A stretch of DNA of 63,218 nucleotides, counting the filler, from Saprolegnia diclina VS20 (Eukaryota): assembly GCF_000281045.1 (NCBI RefSeq). It is 3 parts of 2 records of this genome, joined end to end, with 100 filler letters (N's around TTAATTAATTAA, not from the genome) between each part and the next. Parts side by side here need not be neighbours in the genome. Positions count along the whole stretch, not along the records: positions 1 to 30,308 come from NW_008246189.1; 2 more parts are not named here. One strand, 5' to 3'. The translations under genes were made by a program, and so were the position numbers. Under the pieces are notes generated by a model that was given only the letters and a program-made list of their open reading frames with translations, had not been told where the DNA came from and made no database searches. Shown piece by piece: positions 1-11,532 of the stretch. How positions within the stretch are numbered: the first letter of the stretch is position 1; each line of letters begins with the position of its first letter.

Positions 1-48
1 TGAGTCACCACACCAATCCCCAGGTGAGAACAATAATATTATTTCTCA

Positions 49-2523
49 ATGCCTGTCGAGGACGAGCATCAGAGCATGGACGACTGTGCCCTGATCAAGC
101 GCCTTATCCAAGACGGCCGCCTGGAAGCCGTGCTCGCTGCATACGGCTTCGAGATCCAGACCAACATGACGATGGAGGGTCCTCTCGACAGCCAAGCGGG
201 TGCGGCCATGCCAGGAAGAATTAATTCATCTCCGACGACCGAAGGCAAGGAACGGGTACCCCAAGGCCGACATCTCTTCGACTACGGCAGGTCGACAGCT
301 TCGAACCTCGCCGCGCTACCGAACGCGCAAGAAGAGATCGTCAATCAGCATGGGCAGTCTTTGCAGGCGCCCAGGTTTAGCTACCAGCACGCTCCATCTC
401 TTGGCTCCTCCACGTCGGCGTTTCCAGCAACGCCAGTCGAGCCAGCGTCTGGGTTTTACAACCAACACGGGCGACTTTCTCGAGCGCCCGCTTCCGGCAG
501 CCAACATGCGCCGGCTTTTGGACCCGCGGCACCCGATCCTCCGATGGTGTCGTTCGGAACAGCGTACAGCGTCACTTCCATTGCGGGAGTGCAGGTGGTC
601 GATTACGAGAAGACCATGACCAAGCTCTTCGCCCCGGGCGCCAAACCGACGACAACGAAACCCATGTTTTCGTGTCAAGGCGGCCGCATGCCAAGTCTTG
701 ATCGTCACTCGCAACGCATGCCCGAGGACTCGAGTCCATTCCAGCCCAGACAAGGACCGTGGCCTAGCTCAGCGTCAACTCCTCCGACGATCGCGATCCC
801 GAAGCTCAGTCGGTCGGCCGAAGACGGCAATGACGACGCAACAGCAACTGCAACGAGCCCTCCTCATGAAGCGGCGCCCAGTGACGTCCAAGTCCAGCCG
901 CAGGCGACTTTGCAACCGCAGCAACAAGGCGACACGCCAAGCCTCACCTTGACTTGTGCGGCGACGAAGATGCCAATTACCAGTAACTTGACCGAAGCGA
1001 CGGCAGCCAAGCCGCCTGCAGTGACAAGCTGCCAGCCCCAGAGCAACGACTTTTCCAGCGTCAACGAAGAGGCTCTCATGCCTTCGGTGACAGACCTTCC
1101 CGTGACAACTGACCAAGTGACGTCCGACATTGCTGCGATCCACATCGCGTCGGCACCAGCGCCAAACTCGAACGGCGACGTCAACTCGCGCACAAGCCGC
1201 AAACCAGTCTACGAGGAAGAAGTCGAGCGCAGCACTGCGATGAACAAGGTCCAAGTCCAACACGACGACTGCGACACCATGTCGCCAATCCAGGCTCATG
1301 CCAGCGGCACCAACGCCGCAATCAAGTCCATCTCTGAGCCACCCGACATCAGCGTGCCAATGCGTCGGAAGGTCCAAGGTGGCATCGCGGAGAAGCTCGC
1401 GACCGCGTCGCTGTCTACCACCACCGCGATATTCCAAGTGCCCTCTGAGATGATGTCGAGTGCGCCATACCCAGGAGCTCAAGGGCCGCTCCACGATGAG
1501 CCGCGGCCTCCGGACACACCGACCACGGACGACGTTGCTTGGCCATCGACGGGCGGGGTACGGCCGGCGCGGAACCAAGCTCTGGCCGTTGACCTCAACT
1601 ACTACGACGTGCTTCCACAACCCAAGGACGTCTGTGAGGTTGACATTATTGATGGCCTGCGCCAACGGCTATCTGCGTACGACACGGACATCAGCTCCGT
1701 CGGTCTCTCGACATTCCACTCGAGCAGTGCGGCGCTACCCTCGCCGCCATGCCCAGGTCCTCAAGGGCCGCTACACGACGAGCCGCGGCCTCCGGACGCA
1801 CCGACCACGGACTACGTCGCTTGGCCATCGACGGGCGGGGTACGGCCGGCGCGGAACCAAGCTCTGGCCGTTGACCTCAACTACTACGACATGTCTCAAC
1901 GACACAACGACGTGTATGAGGTTGGCATTACTGATGGCCTGCGCGAACTGCTATCCGCGTACGAGAAGGAAGCCAACTCCGTCGGTCTCTCGGCGCCCTA
2001 CTCGAGCTGTGCAACGTCACGCTCGACGACAAACTTCAAGGTGCTCGAATCCAGCTTCCACGCAACGAGCTCAACCAGCCATGACATTCTCAAGGAAACT
2101 TACAGCCGCGACACGACGGAAGTGCTCGACTGGCTTTCCGACAAGGCCTCCCATGCGATACTCACGGACATCTGCCTCAACTACCAAGGACCCAAGCCTT
2201 TGCAAGGCGCCGACATCCCGTCGACAAGTCCCGATCAACTCGAAGATGCACTTTCTCTCGTCACAACCAGTGACCTCAACATCGACCTGCTCCAGGAAGC
2301 GACCAAGCAGCAGCGTCCAGTGGACGAGCGACGCGCCAGCGCGCTCAAAGAAGATCACGATTTCCAACGAAAGTCAAGCATGCGCGACAAAGTCCCGAAA
2401 ACGCTCATCCGAGCTGTGGGCTGCGCATGGGGGGAGTGTTCTGGGTTTTCGACCCTTCGACCTGCATTGCGCAACCCACGACCCTTCGACGCACCTCTTC
2501 GCGCGATCCTTCTACAAAACTAG
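49..2523 (+). CDS. Intronless 824-aa P/S/T/A/Q-rich protein of unknown function with an internal 94-aa duplication; possibly retroelement-associated
   Basis: Long open frame with ATG at 49 and TAG at 2521-2523; low-complexity composition; no recognisable catalytic motif. Confidence 0.55.
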   Translation: MPVEDEHQSMDDCALIKRLIQDGRLEAVLAAYGFEIQTNMTMEGPLDSQAGAAMPGRINSSPTTEGKERVPQGRHLFDYGRSTASNLAALPNAQEEIVNQHGQSLQAPRFSYQHAPSLGSSTSAFPATPVEPASGFYNQHGRLSRAPASGSQHAPAFGPAAPDPPMVSFGTAYSVTSIAGVQVVDYEKTMTKLFAPGAKPTTTKPMFSCQGGRMPSLDRHSQRMPEDSSPFQPRQGPWPSSASTPPTIAIPKLSRSAEDGNDDATATATSPPHEAAPSDVQVQPQATLQPQQQGDTPSLTLTCAATKMPITSNLTEATAAKPPAVTSCQPQSNDFSSVNEEALMPSVTDLPVTTDQVTSDIAAIHIASAPAPNSNGDVNSRTSRKPVYEEEVERSTAMNKVQVQHDDCDTMSPIQAHASGTNAAIKSISEPPDISVPMRRKVQGGIAEKLATASLSTTTAIFQVPSEMMSSAPYPGAQGPLHDEPRPPDTPTTDDVAWPSTGGVRPARNQALAVDLNYYDVLPQPKDVCEVDIIDGLRQRLSAYDTDISSVGLSTFHSSSAALPSPPCPGPQGPLHDEPRPPDAPTTDYVAWPSTGGVRPARNQALAVDLNYYDMSQRHNDVYEVGITDGLRELLSAYEKEANSVGLSAPYSSCATSRSTTNFKVLESSFHATSSTSHDILKETYSRDTTEVLDWLSDKASHAILTDICLNYQGPKPLQGADIPSTSPDQLEDALSLVTTSDLNIDLLQEATKQQRPVDERRASALKEDHDFQRKSSMRDKVPKTLIRAVGCAWGECSGFSTLRPALRNPRPFDAPLRAILLQN
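1464..2010 (+). repeat. Two-copy in-frame direct repeat, period 282 bp (94 aa)
   Basis: AAGGGCCGCT at 1481 and 1763; peptide QGPLHDEPRPPDxPTTDxVAWPSTGGVRPARNQALAVDLNYYD occurs twice; edges approximate. Confidence 0.95.
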
Positions 2524-2531
2524 TGTTCTAT

Positions 2532-2774
2532 NNNNNNNNNNNNNNNNNNNNNNNNNNNNNNNNNNNNNNNNNNNNNNNNNNNNNNNNNNNNNNNNNNNNN
2601 NNNNNNNNNNNNNNNNNNNNNNNNNNNNNNNNNNNNNNNNNNNNNNNNNNNNNNNNNNNNNNNNNNNNNNNNNNNNNNNNNNNNNNNNNNNNNNNNNNNN
2701 NNNNNNNNNNNNNNNNNNNNNNNNNNNNNNNNNNNNNNNNNNNNNNNNNNNNNNNNNNNNNNNNNNNNNNNNNN
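2532..2774. other. Assembly gap (243 N)
   Basis: N run. Confidence 1.
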
Positions 2775-3160
2775 CCCATGCTTGTGTCCTTGGCAAGACT
2801 ATCCCAACTGTCGATCCCATCCTATGCTCGTCATCACACTGTAGGTTTTATGCGTTCCAACGTGGACCAATCGATCGTCGAGGTGTCAATACCGATACCG
2901 CCGCATTCTGTGCGAGGACCTATGCCCATGTGCAAGCCTTGGCGCATCATGGCTCAAGCTATGGCTACGTCGCGAGCGCTCGCCTCGTAGCAAGCCTGTC
3001 ATCACGTGAGCCATGCGCGACTCAGTACGTGGCGCGAAGCATCGATTGCAGTCTGCTGCGATGGACGTCGTCGACGGAGCAAACAGTCGAGGAGACGGCA
3101 AGAGAAGCGAGAACGAGTGGTGGTATACATGTATTCATGACAGCACGATAGAGCGTGGGC

Positions 3161-3367
3161 TTACTGGCCGCATTGGCAGTTGTCGCCGCACTGGCACGGG
3201 TTGCAGGAGCAGCTCGGGTTGGCCTTGGCGGACGAGCACGCGCACGACGTGGGTGTGCAGGCGCAGGACGGACCGCACGTGCAGTTGTCGCCGCATTGGC
3301 ACGACGGCGTCGTGGTGGCGCACGTGCACGGGTTGCAAGCGCAGGACGGACCACATTGGCAAGCCAT
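3161..3367 (-). CDS. Metallothionein (68 aa, 20 Cys in ten CxC pairs)
   Basis: MACQCGPSCACNPCTC...CQCGDNCQCGQ; no aromatic residues or His; A-rich ATG context; INR/FPR-like element ~25 nt upstream. Confidence 0.9.
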   Translation of the reverse strand: MACQCGPSCACNPCTCATTTPSCQCGDNCTCGPSCACTPTSCACSSAKANPSCSCNPCQCGDNCQCGQ

Positions 3368-3389
3368 TTTCTTCTTGTGTCTTGGACGG

Positions 3390-3403
3390 CAAATGGGAAA
3401 TGC
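3390..3403 (-). promoter_or_regulatory. Oomycete INR+FPR-like core promoter of the metallothionein
   Basis: Minus strand GCATTTCCCATTTG resembles YCAYTYYNCAWTTY. Confidence 0.6.
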
Positions 3404-3991
3404 AGCCTGTGTTGCTTGGCCAAAAAGAGCCGTCGACCCGCAACCAGCTGCTCGGGTGGGTTGATTTACGAACGACGTGCTGTCAGCAGTTGCAAGACCT
3501 TTTGCAGGCTGGGCGCGCGCTTCTACCCTGCACTGGACGATAGCGTTTCCTGCACGAGGTATCAGTTGTGAGGTGCTATGGCGAGTCCAGCGCTGCAGCG
3601 AAGGATGAGCCCTCGCAGGCCAAGGCGCTCTAGCAGCAGTGAAGAATCATGGTCTGCTGCGACAGTGGCGCCAAACCCAGGATATTTTTTAATTTGGACC
3701 AATCACCGTGCCCGCACATCATATTGTTATAACATCCACGTCACCCTTGCCGGAGGTCGCAGCCGTGTGCGCAACGTAGCCTGCACACGACGATATGCAA
3801 AACGCCGCAAAGACTAACCTCTCACAGCCGCACGCCATTGTCCTCTTTGCTTGCTTGTTTGAACACAAGGCGACAGCGTCGCGTTCGCGGCAGAAGGGCC
3901 ACGCATCTTCAAGTTAACACGCCACGTGCGATCGAAATGGTTATAATCACCAGATGGGCTAGTCGCACGCAACTTTACGTGTGAGGGGACC

Positions 3992-4814
3992 ATGTCGACT
4001 GCAGCGCTCGTGCTCTTGGCCGCGGCCGTCGCCAGCGGCATCTACGTCTTCTTCAGCAACGCGCCCGTCGTCGACATCGAGGCCTGCCATGGCATGTCCC
4101 TCACCTTCCTCATCCAGGGCGTGCTGCCCACGTGGCTCGGCGGCCGCGACGACAAGCTCGGGACCGTCCAGGCGCTCTGGGCCTGCGCGAGCCTGTACCA
4201 AGAGGCGCATGCGAACTTTGTGCTCGCGAGCTTTGTCGTCGTGTACGTGACGCTGCAGACGTTTGCGATTCCCGGGCCGATCATCCTCAGCATCCTCTCG
4301 GGCGCTTTGTACCCGTTTGGCTTTGCGCAGCTGCTCGTGGCGTTCTGCGCGACGACCGGCGCGTCGCTCTGCTTCCTGCTCTCGCACTTTCTCGGGCGCT
4401 CGCTCGTGCAACGCGCGTTCCCGGCCATGATTGCCAACTTCAAGGACAAGGTCGTGACTCGATCTCTTTGTCGCTGGCTCATTTTTTCCCTAGATTGCAT
4501 CCAACCGCGGCAACCTCTTGTACTACCTCCTCTTCCTGCGCCTCACGCCGCTGCTGCCCAATTGGTTTGTCAACGTCGCGTCGCCGCTCGTCGACGTGCC
4601 GTTTGGCCATTTCGTGCTCGCGACCTTCTTGGGGCTCATGCCCGCCAACTTTATCCACATCTCGACCGGCGCGACGCTCAACAGCGCCGCCGAGGCCGGC
4701 TCGAGCAACGTCGTCAACTTTTGCATCCTCTTCAGCTTGCAGTTTGTCGCGCTCCTCCCGACGCTCTTCAAGTCCAAGCTCCAAGCGCTCGATGCCAAGA
4801 CCAAGACCCAGTAG
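3992..4814 (+). CDS. TMEM41B: TMEM41/VTT (DedA, SNARE-associated) membrane protein, 2 exons
   Basis: Motifs LQTFAIPGPIILSILSGALY and LFLRLTPLLPNWFVNVASP; GT-AG intron 4451-4493 restores the frame. Confidence 0.9.
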
Positions 4815-4836
4815 GTAATGGGAATACAGCATCCTC

Positions 4837-7800
4837 TTATGGCGCCTCGAGAAACGCGGCAAAGGCCTGCGTCGTAAAGAAATTTGCACCAAACCCGCGC
4901 TTGTCCGGGAAGGCCTCGAGGTACCCCTCCGCGTCAAAGCGAGGCCGGTCGTCCTTCGTTGTCGCGGGCTCGTAAAAGGCTTCGTACCCTTGGATGAGCC
5001 TAGCGCAATATGCCTATCCTGTGATTTTGTACAAGGAGACACACGAAAAGTGAAAGGCGCTGAACGCGGCTCGAAGCGCCGACCAGGCGGCGTCGGCACT
5101 CTCGACCGACCGGTGCGGGTCGGCTTGGCCGTACCGGAGGAGGACCTCGCGCCACGCATCGGGGCTTGTCGCTTCGCGCAGCGGCAGCCCGTGGTGATCT
5201 GCGATCGATTTGACGCTGGACGCCATGCGCTTGAGGCTCTTCCGGGGCACACTATACGCACAACTCGTGTTTCCAAGCTGTAGAAGCGGTCAATTTTCAC
5301 GGACGTCGGAAGGGAGGCGTGGCGACCCCGGGGCACAGCAATGGCGTCGACATCCACATTGACAACGATGACGTCGAGACCGCGGAGCGTTGCGTCCGTC
5401 GACTCGGAGGTGACGACGCCCATGAGGTACGGCACGGGGGCGTGCAAAAAATCAAGCAGCGACTACGAGCATCTCCTTGTGCCACGTCATCAGCGTCAGC
5501 GACGTACGTGAGGGAGCACGGGGATGTACACGGCTTGGGACGAAAACGGGCTCAAGAGGGCGCGAAGGGTCTCGCAGATTGGAGTCAAGAGGCTCGGGTT
5601 GCTCGAACACACGATGACGTGGCGCTCCGAGAGGACGTATAGCACAACCTAATCGCCGTATGACTGCAGCACCAACAGAGATGCACGTACCAAGAGAATG
5701 TGGTCGACGCTGAGCGCCTGCAAGAGCACGCCAAAGTCGACTTGAGACGGTAGAAAGGACGCTGGTCGTGGGATCGGACCGATGCTGACGCCGAGGAATT
5801 CAGCGGTCGACGATGGGGTCTCGGCCAAGAACGCCCGAAGCGCCGTCTCGGGCAGCGTTGGGGCCGATGCCACCGAGCGCAGGACGGTGTGGAAGAGGCA
5901 AAAGTACGGATACGAGGACACGACTGCATACGCTGATGACGCGTCGTTGTCGATGATAAGCGACGACACGTAGATAGCAGCGCCCGTTGCATCTAGTTGC
6001 ACGTCCTCTAGATATTGTTGAATATGGAGAATGCACAAGATACCGGTGAGGACTGTGTCGACGCAGCGCGGACCGCTGAGAAGCGCGGCGGGCGGCGCGC
6101 AAAAGAGCGCAATTTGATCGGGTACCGTGTCGGCCATGTGCGCCTGTATGCAGCGCTCTACGCAAGGCGGGGTCGAGAGGCTGAGCACGAGGAACGCGCG
6201 AGCAACGTTCGCCGCGCCTTGGGTCGAATATGTCGGTGCCGACGCTGGCAAGGACATGCCCCATGGCGTAGGATTCGGCTACGTATAGATAAGACTGCGA
6301 ACGTCCGATTACTCGAAGCGCACCAGAGGCGCAGTATGGTGCTGGTAGTGGGACACGAGGAGTCGCATCGTCGACTTGAATTGAGGTGGACCTACGAGTC
6401 CTCGGCATCAGCATTTATAAAGGGACGTTAGACCAAAAGGGACGCACTGGCCGTCGCTAGAAAGGCCAAGTACTTTTGAAAACCGGACGACGAGAGCGTT
6501 GTCGACGCCGGCGTGTCATCAAACGTCTCGCACAACCACTGCATCGTGCTTTCGGTCACGGGCGGGCAGCCGCAGAGGCCGTTGACCGTGTTGACGTTCG
6601 AGTGGGAGAGACCGCCGCGCTCCCCGCCATACGTTGCAACAATCCAGTTGACCGCAACCGCGTACAGCGGCACCAAACCGCCTACGAAGTAGATGGAGAA
6701 CTGGTACTTGGATCCAGAGACGCACCGTCCGACGACGGGCGCTCGATGCTAAAGGCCTCCGTCACAAACGCAAGTGCCTCGAGGTCGCTGCTGATGGGTC
6801 GTTGGTACAATTGGCGCTGGTCCATCAGGTCGGGCACCATCCAGCGACTAGCGAGGCACCCTACCCGCCGTGTCCTAACATTCTGCAGCATATTCGCTCT
6901 GACGTACCCAGCGGCAATGTTTGCACGAGCTGCATCTTGGCATGGGCGTAGCTGTCGTGTACGATGGCGGACGGACGCATCGTCAGCGCCAGCTCGTAGC
7001 GTCGGCAGGCTTCGTAGTAGTGTACAGCCCGAGACGCATCTCCGGGAACGCTCCAGAGCTCGATCGTGTCCCCGAGGTCGGATGGCGCCGACGCCAAGCG
7101 TGCTGCAAGGGCGGCGTCCGGCGCGCCAGAAGCGACAAGGTCGCCCGTAAGCGCGAGGGCATTGGCCCACTCGAGCACGCAGCGGTAGATCCAGTCTTGG
7201 TCATCCCTCTCGTCGTCTGGCGACTTGAGGCACAGGTACGCCCAGTAGGCATGAAGCTTGGCGGAGGCCATGTGTGCAATCTCAAGCGCCAAGCTGGCTC
7301 TAGCACCGAGTGTCATATCTCTGGCAAACATATCCGCACGTACCGAGCTGGATGGGCTTTGGCGATCTGAAACGCCGTCACCGAGAGCGACGCGCCAAAG
7401 CGGAAGAGAAGCGACGCGTGCATTCCGTCCATGCCGTTCACAGTGGCGCGCGTGAGTGCCGCGTCGTAGAGCTCGGTGGCGGCCGCCCACGCCTCGACCG
7501 CTGCGTCAACGTCGTCGCGGGCCAGCTGCGGAAGCATGTTGGCGTACAAATCATCGGCCGTCGCCAGCGGGTCGGCGGTCGATCGACCATTGCTCATGGG
7601 CTCGTCATCCGAGTGGAGAAGGGTAGCTGCCTTCTCCACCAATGCAGTTGTGCTTGTCCGCTCCAAGAGCCAGCTCCGGCGCGCCTCCTCCATGTAGTCA
7701 CAGTCGCCGTCGGCCTGGCACATGCTCAAGAAGGCGCGGTGCAGCGCATGGGCCCCTCGACGAAAGGCCATCGCGTGGTGAACGCGCTGCGAGAGAGCGG

Positions 7801-8896
7801 CAATGTTGGCTGGCGTCAACCGATCGACAAGGTGCTGAACAAGCAGCTTGACGACGACAATTGGGTACGCCTCGTCGAGCGTTTGTAAGCGAAGGAGGTC
7901 CTTGTGGGCAGTCGCCATGCTCGCTTTCGTGGCCAGCGGCAGCATCGCGGGTAAGAGCCGCGGCAGTGCTAATAGCACCAAGTGCAGCAAGGTATGTACG
8001 CTATCGGCCACGGGAATCGTCCGAGTGTTGGTTGACGCGACGACCGTAAAGGCTGCCGCAACCTCTTCGCTCGTGACGAAAAAATGCTGGCCAAAGCGAA
8101 GCGCCGCCCAGAACGCTTGAAACGCCGCAAAGTCGACGCGCACCGGCGACCCCGTCGTGGGCACAAACGCCGAGAGGAGGTAGTGGAGCGATTTGGCGTA
8201 CCGCTGCAGTAGCTTGCGCACAGCGTGGAGTCGAAGCAGCCACGCCTGGTCGTCGCACTGGTCCAGAATACTATCGAGCTTGGGGCGACCCATGTTATTC
8301 GCGATGAGCGTATACACTTGCTGCAGCGACGTGCACGGCTGGAAGGCGAAGCGCGGGTAGTGCTGCCCGAGATAAGCCCACGCGTGCAGGAACTTGTCGA
8401 GGTCGAGGCCGACACCGCGGACCGCGTGCGTTTTGAACGCGACCATCTGCGCCGTGTCCCACTGGGTTTGCCGCCCGGGCGTCGGCGCGATTGAGCGTGT
8501 CATGGCCTTGAACTGCTGCCAATTGATCGTTGTTCCGTCCCGCCCCCAGGGGTTCTGGAGCGCATGCATGCGAAAGAGCATTTGGACGCGCCGTTCGTCG
8601 TCGGCTTCGGACGAGGCCACGCGCCGGGGTATCGCCAGCACGGGCGACACGACGAGACAAAAGCGGGACGTCGGTATTTGCACAAGCGGGGTTGTCAGAG
8701 GAATGGGCGCCGGCGGCACGTTGGGTGCCACTGGCAGCAGCGAGCACGCCGCCAAGTCGGTGGTGCCCAAGACGTTCCAGTAGAGAAGTACTTGAACTAC
8801 GAGGTTGCGCGCTACGTACTCGTCTGGCACCCAGCCCTTGTAGGCGGCGGTGCGGCGGCCGTCGTCGTCATGGAGGGCTACATGGACTTGACGCAT
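4837..8896 (-). CDS. Multi-exon protein with C-terminal DENN domain (putative Rab GEF) and N-terminal helical/EF-hand-like regions; may be two genes
   Basis: VLSERHVIVCSSNPSLLTPICETL, AVYIPVLP, FLHAPVPYLMGV and dDENN-like FFTTQAFAAFLE before TAA 4837-4839; start taken at MRQVHV (8896). Confidence 0.7.
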
Positions 8897-8957
8897 TGTG
8901 CTGCATGCTGGGACTGTCTCAATTGTAACGAAGCAGTTTGGATCTTGAAGGGGCGCG

Positions 8958-10602
8958 ATGGTACCCGGACGCTTGTGGGTCGCCGTCGCGTGGGCGCTTT
9001 GCACCCTTGTCGCTGCGGCGACAGAACTACCCCGCCTCTCGACGAGTGCGCTTCTGGAAGAGCTTGCACGCACGGAGTTGCAGATTGCGAGCCAGACGCA
9101 CAAGCTCACTTTGCTCCACGCGCTGCGGCGGGAGCTGACGAGCGACGTAACGCAGCTACCGCACATGCAAGCCGAGCTACAAGCGGTCTTGGCACGCTTG
9201 AAGGCGCCCGGCAGCTGCGAAGCGACGACACCATCGACGGAGCCAAGCGTCGCCTTGCTCGTCGAGCGCCCACTATTACTTTTACCATCGGCGCCGGTCT
9301 TGTTGCACGCGCACCGCGTGGTCCAGCCTCACCGATCGGCACTGCTACTACTCGCGCTCACTGAAAATGGTGTGTTTGATGTCTCGCACTTGCCAGGCGG
9401 GCAGCCCATGGCAAGTGCCACGCTGCCCAAGACACCGGATCTCGTTACGGCCGCCGCCTTGGACTCGGACGCAAGTCCGATGGTGCTCTACGCATTCCTC
9501 AGCAACCGGTCCCTCAGCACGTTTAGCGTCACGGTTTCCCTAAGCGACACGGACAGCGCCGTTCACGTCAATGTCACGAAGCTTTCGAACCTGGCGACGG
9601 CAACGAATGGCCCGGTGCAGCAGGTGCACTTGGTGTCGGCGCAGGGCCAGAAACTACTCGTCGCCGGCAGCGAAAACACGTTTCACGTGCTGCCTGTGGA
9701 CGCAAGCTACTTGAAGACGATGCCAGCCGGCGCACCGATCGCTGCGCTCCTGCCGCATCGCCACGTCATTGCCGTCGCCAGCGAGACGCGCGTCGACTTG
9801 CACCATCTGCTCAAGCTCGGCGACGGTCCAGCGTCTCTCTACTCGTGCGACGCGGGCCTTTTTCACATCGCCAGCGCCGCCTTCGACGCTACCGTCGCGA
9901 GCCGCCTCTACGCAGGAACGACGAGCGGCGACATTCTCGTCTTTGACGTCTTCCACGGCAACACGCGGAGCTGTCGGCCAATTGCGCGCGTCGGAACGTC
10001 GGCGTCGGGCCCGCTGCTTCTTCGCGCGATCGCCCCGAGCTTTCTACTCGCAGCATCCAAGGACACACTATTTCTGTACGAAACAACCTCGTCGCTCACG
10101 CTGCTTGGCGGCGCACCGACAGCTTTGAGCGACGTTGCATCGATGCGCCTCTCGGTGGTGCCCAGTGCCTACAACGGCGAGTTTCACGACGACGCTTTGC
10201 TAATTACGAGCGCCGGCCGCGCGGTGCAAACATACCAAGCGGCCTTGCACCGCCATGAGGTACATTTAGAATCGCATTTGTTGGCTCTTGCCATGTTAAC
10301 GTATTTATTAGGCTGCGAAAGAAGCATCTTCGTGGTTTGGGGACGGCGTCATGGGGCGGTTCCCACTGCTCGTTGGACTCTGTATCGCAGTCGTTGCATA
10401 CAAGTTGTGGAGTCGCCCGGAGCCAAGCGTCGCGCCGCGGCCGGCCTTTCCGACTGACGATCGCCGATCGCCCCGAGCCGACGAGGCCGATCCACCGACG
10501 TATCATCATCGCGAGGCGGCGTGCGTCGACGAGTTTGCAACAGCGCAGAAGCGTGCTCGGCAGCGCCTCGACCGCACCCAACTCGAGCGAGAAATCTACT
10601 AG
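8958..10602 (+). CDS. Type I membrane protein: signal peptide, coiled coil, beta-propeller-like luminal region, C-terminal TM helix
   Basis: Hydrophobic N-terminus; heptad segment; intron 10260-10311 joins to the exon encoding FPLLVGLCIAVVAYKLW. Confidence 0.75.
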
Positions 10603-10620
10603 ACTTGAGCGAAAAAATGA

Positions 10621-11306
10621 TTACGCTTCGAGTAATTCCTTTGGAACGTGGTTGCGCGCGTTGTTGGATTGGAGTAGCGATTCGAGTTGCGCCTTATCAA
10701 TGCACACGGAGGCGAGGATTTGGGGGCGCGCGCTAAGAAGTGACAGCGTCGCGTCAAGCGACAGCACTGGCACCGTAAAGTGGCGCTTGAGGTACGTGTA
10801 GATCTTTTCAAAGAAGCGTGCGTCGGCCTCGATCGCGGCGGGCGACAAGTGCTCCTGCAGCAGCTGGAGAAGCTCCGAGCGCGAAATGCCATCGCCGTGG
10901 CTCTGCGCGTACTTGAAGAAGAGATCTACCCCATGATGTGATTCGAATTCACAAATGCTATCCGAAGACAGTACACTGAAAGTGCTGCTGTGGGCTGCCG
11001 ATGCGCAAGAGCGCGTCGATGGCTTCCGCATACGTGGCAGCGTCGCTGAGCAGTGCGTGCGTCTCGCCCCGTGTAGGTGGCGCGTCGTGGCTATAAGAGC
11101 ATATTATCGAGCGCATCGAATAGGCTATTGTAGGCAACGTCGTACAAATGGCGGGAGAGGTCCGACTGCGCGACGACGCGCGCGTAGTGCACGCGCAACG
11201 CCTCCTCCATGGCTGCAACACTGGCTGCAACGGTTTGGCGGCGCTTAAATTCGGTATTCTGATGACACGCAACTTTAACAATGTACTCACTTGTTCGAGG
11301 CGCCAT
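10621..11306 (-). CDS. Small multi-exon hypothetical protein with one EF-hand-like segment
   Basis: LFFKYAQSHGDGISRSELLQLL; several candidate short GT-AG introns; exact structure uncertain. Confidence 0.5.
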
Positions 11307-11532
11307 GAGATAGTTCAAATGTACACAGCTACTGAACGGCTAATATTGCGTGATTCACGCGGTTTATGTATAAGTATAGGTAGGATCCAAAGACCCAAGG
11401 ACACGAAGAACTCCGGGCCTGAAGCTCGGCGGCGCACATGTGTTTGCGTGTGAATAGACCGAGGCGAATCCAGCCGAGATATTTTCGGCAAGTCACGCCG
11501 GCCGCTGATTGGTTGCTTCGATATTCGATTCG

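Noticed and set aside
3760..3790. TGCRCNC metal-response elements upstream of the metallothionein
   Set aside because: Short degenerate motif expected by chance at this GC content; MTF-1 system is animal-specific
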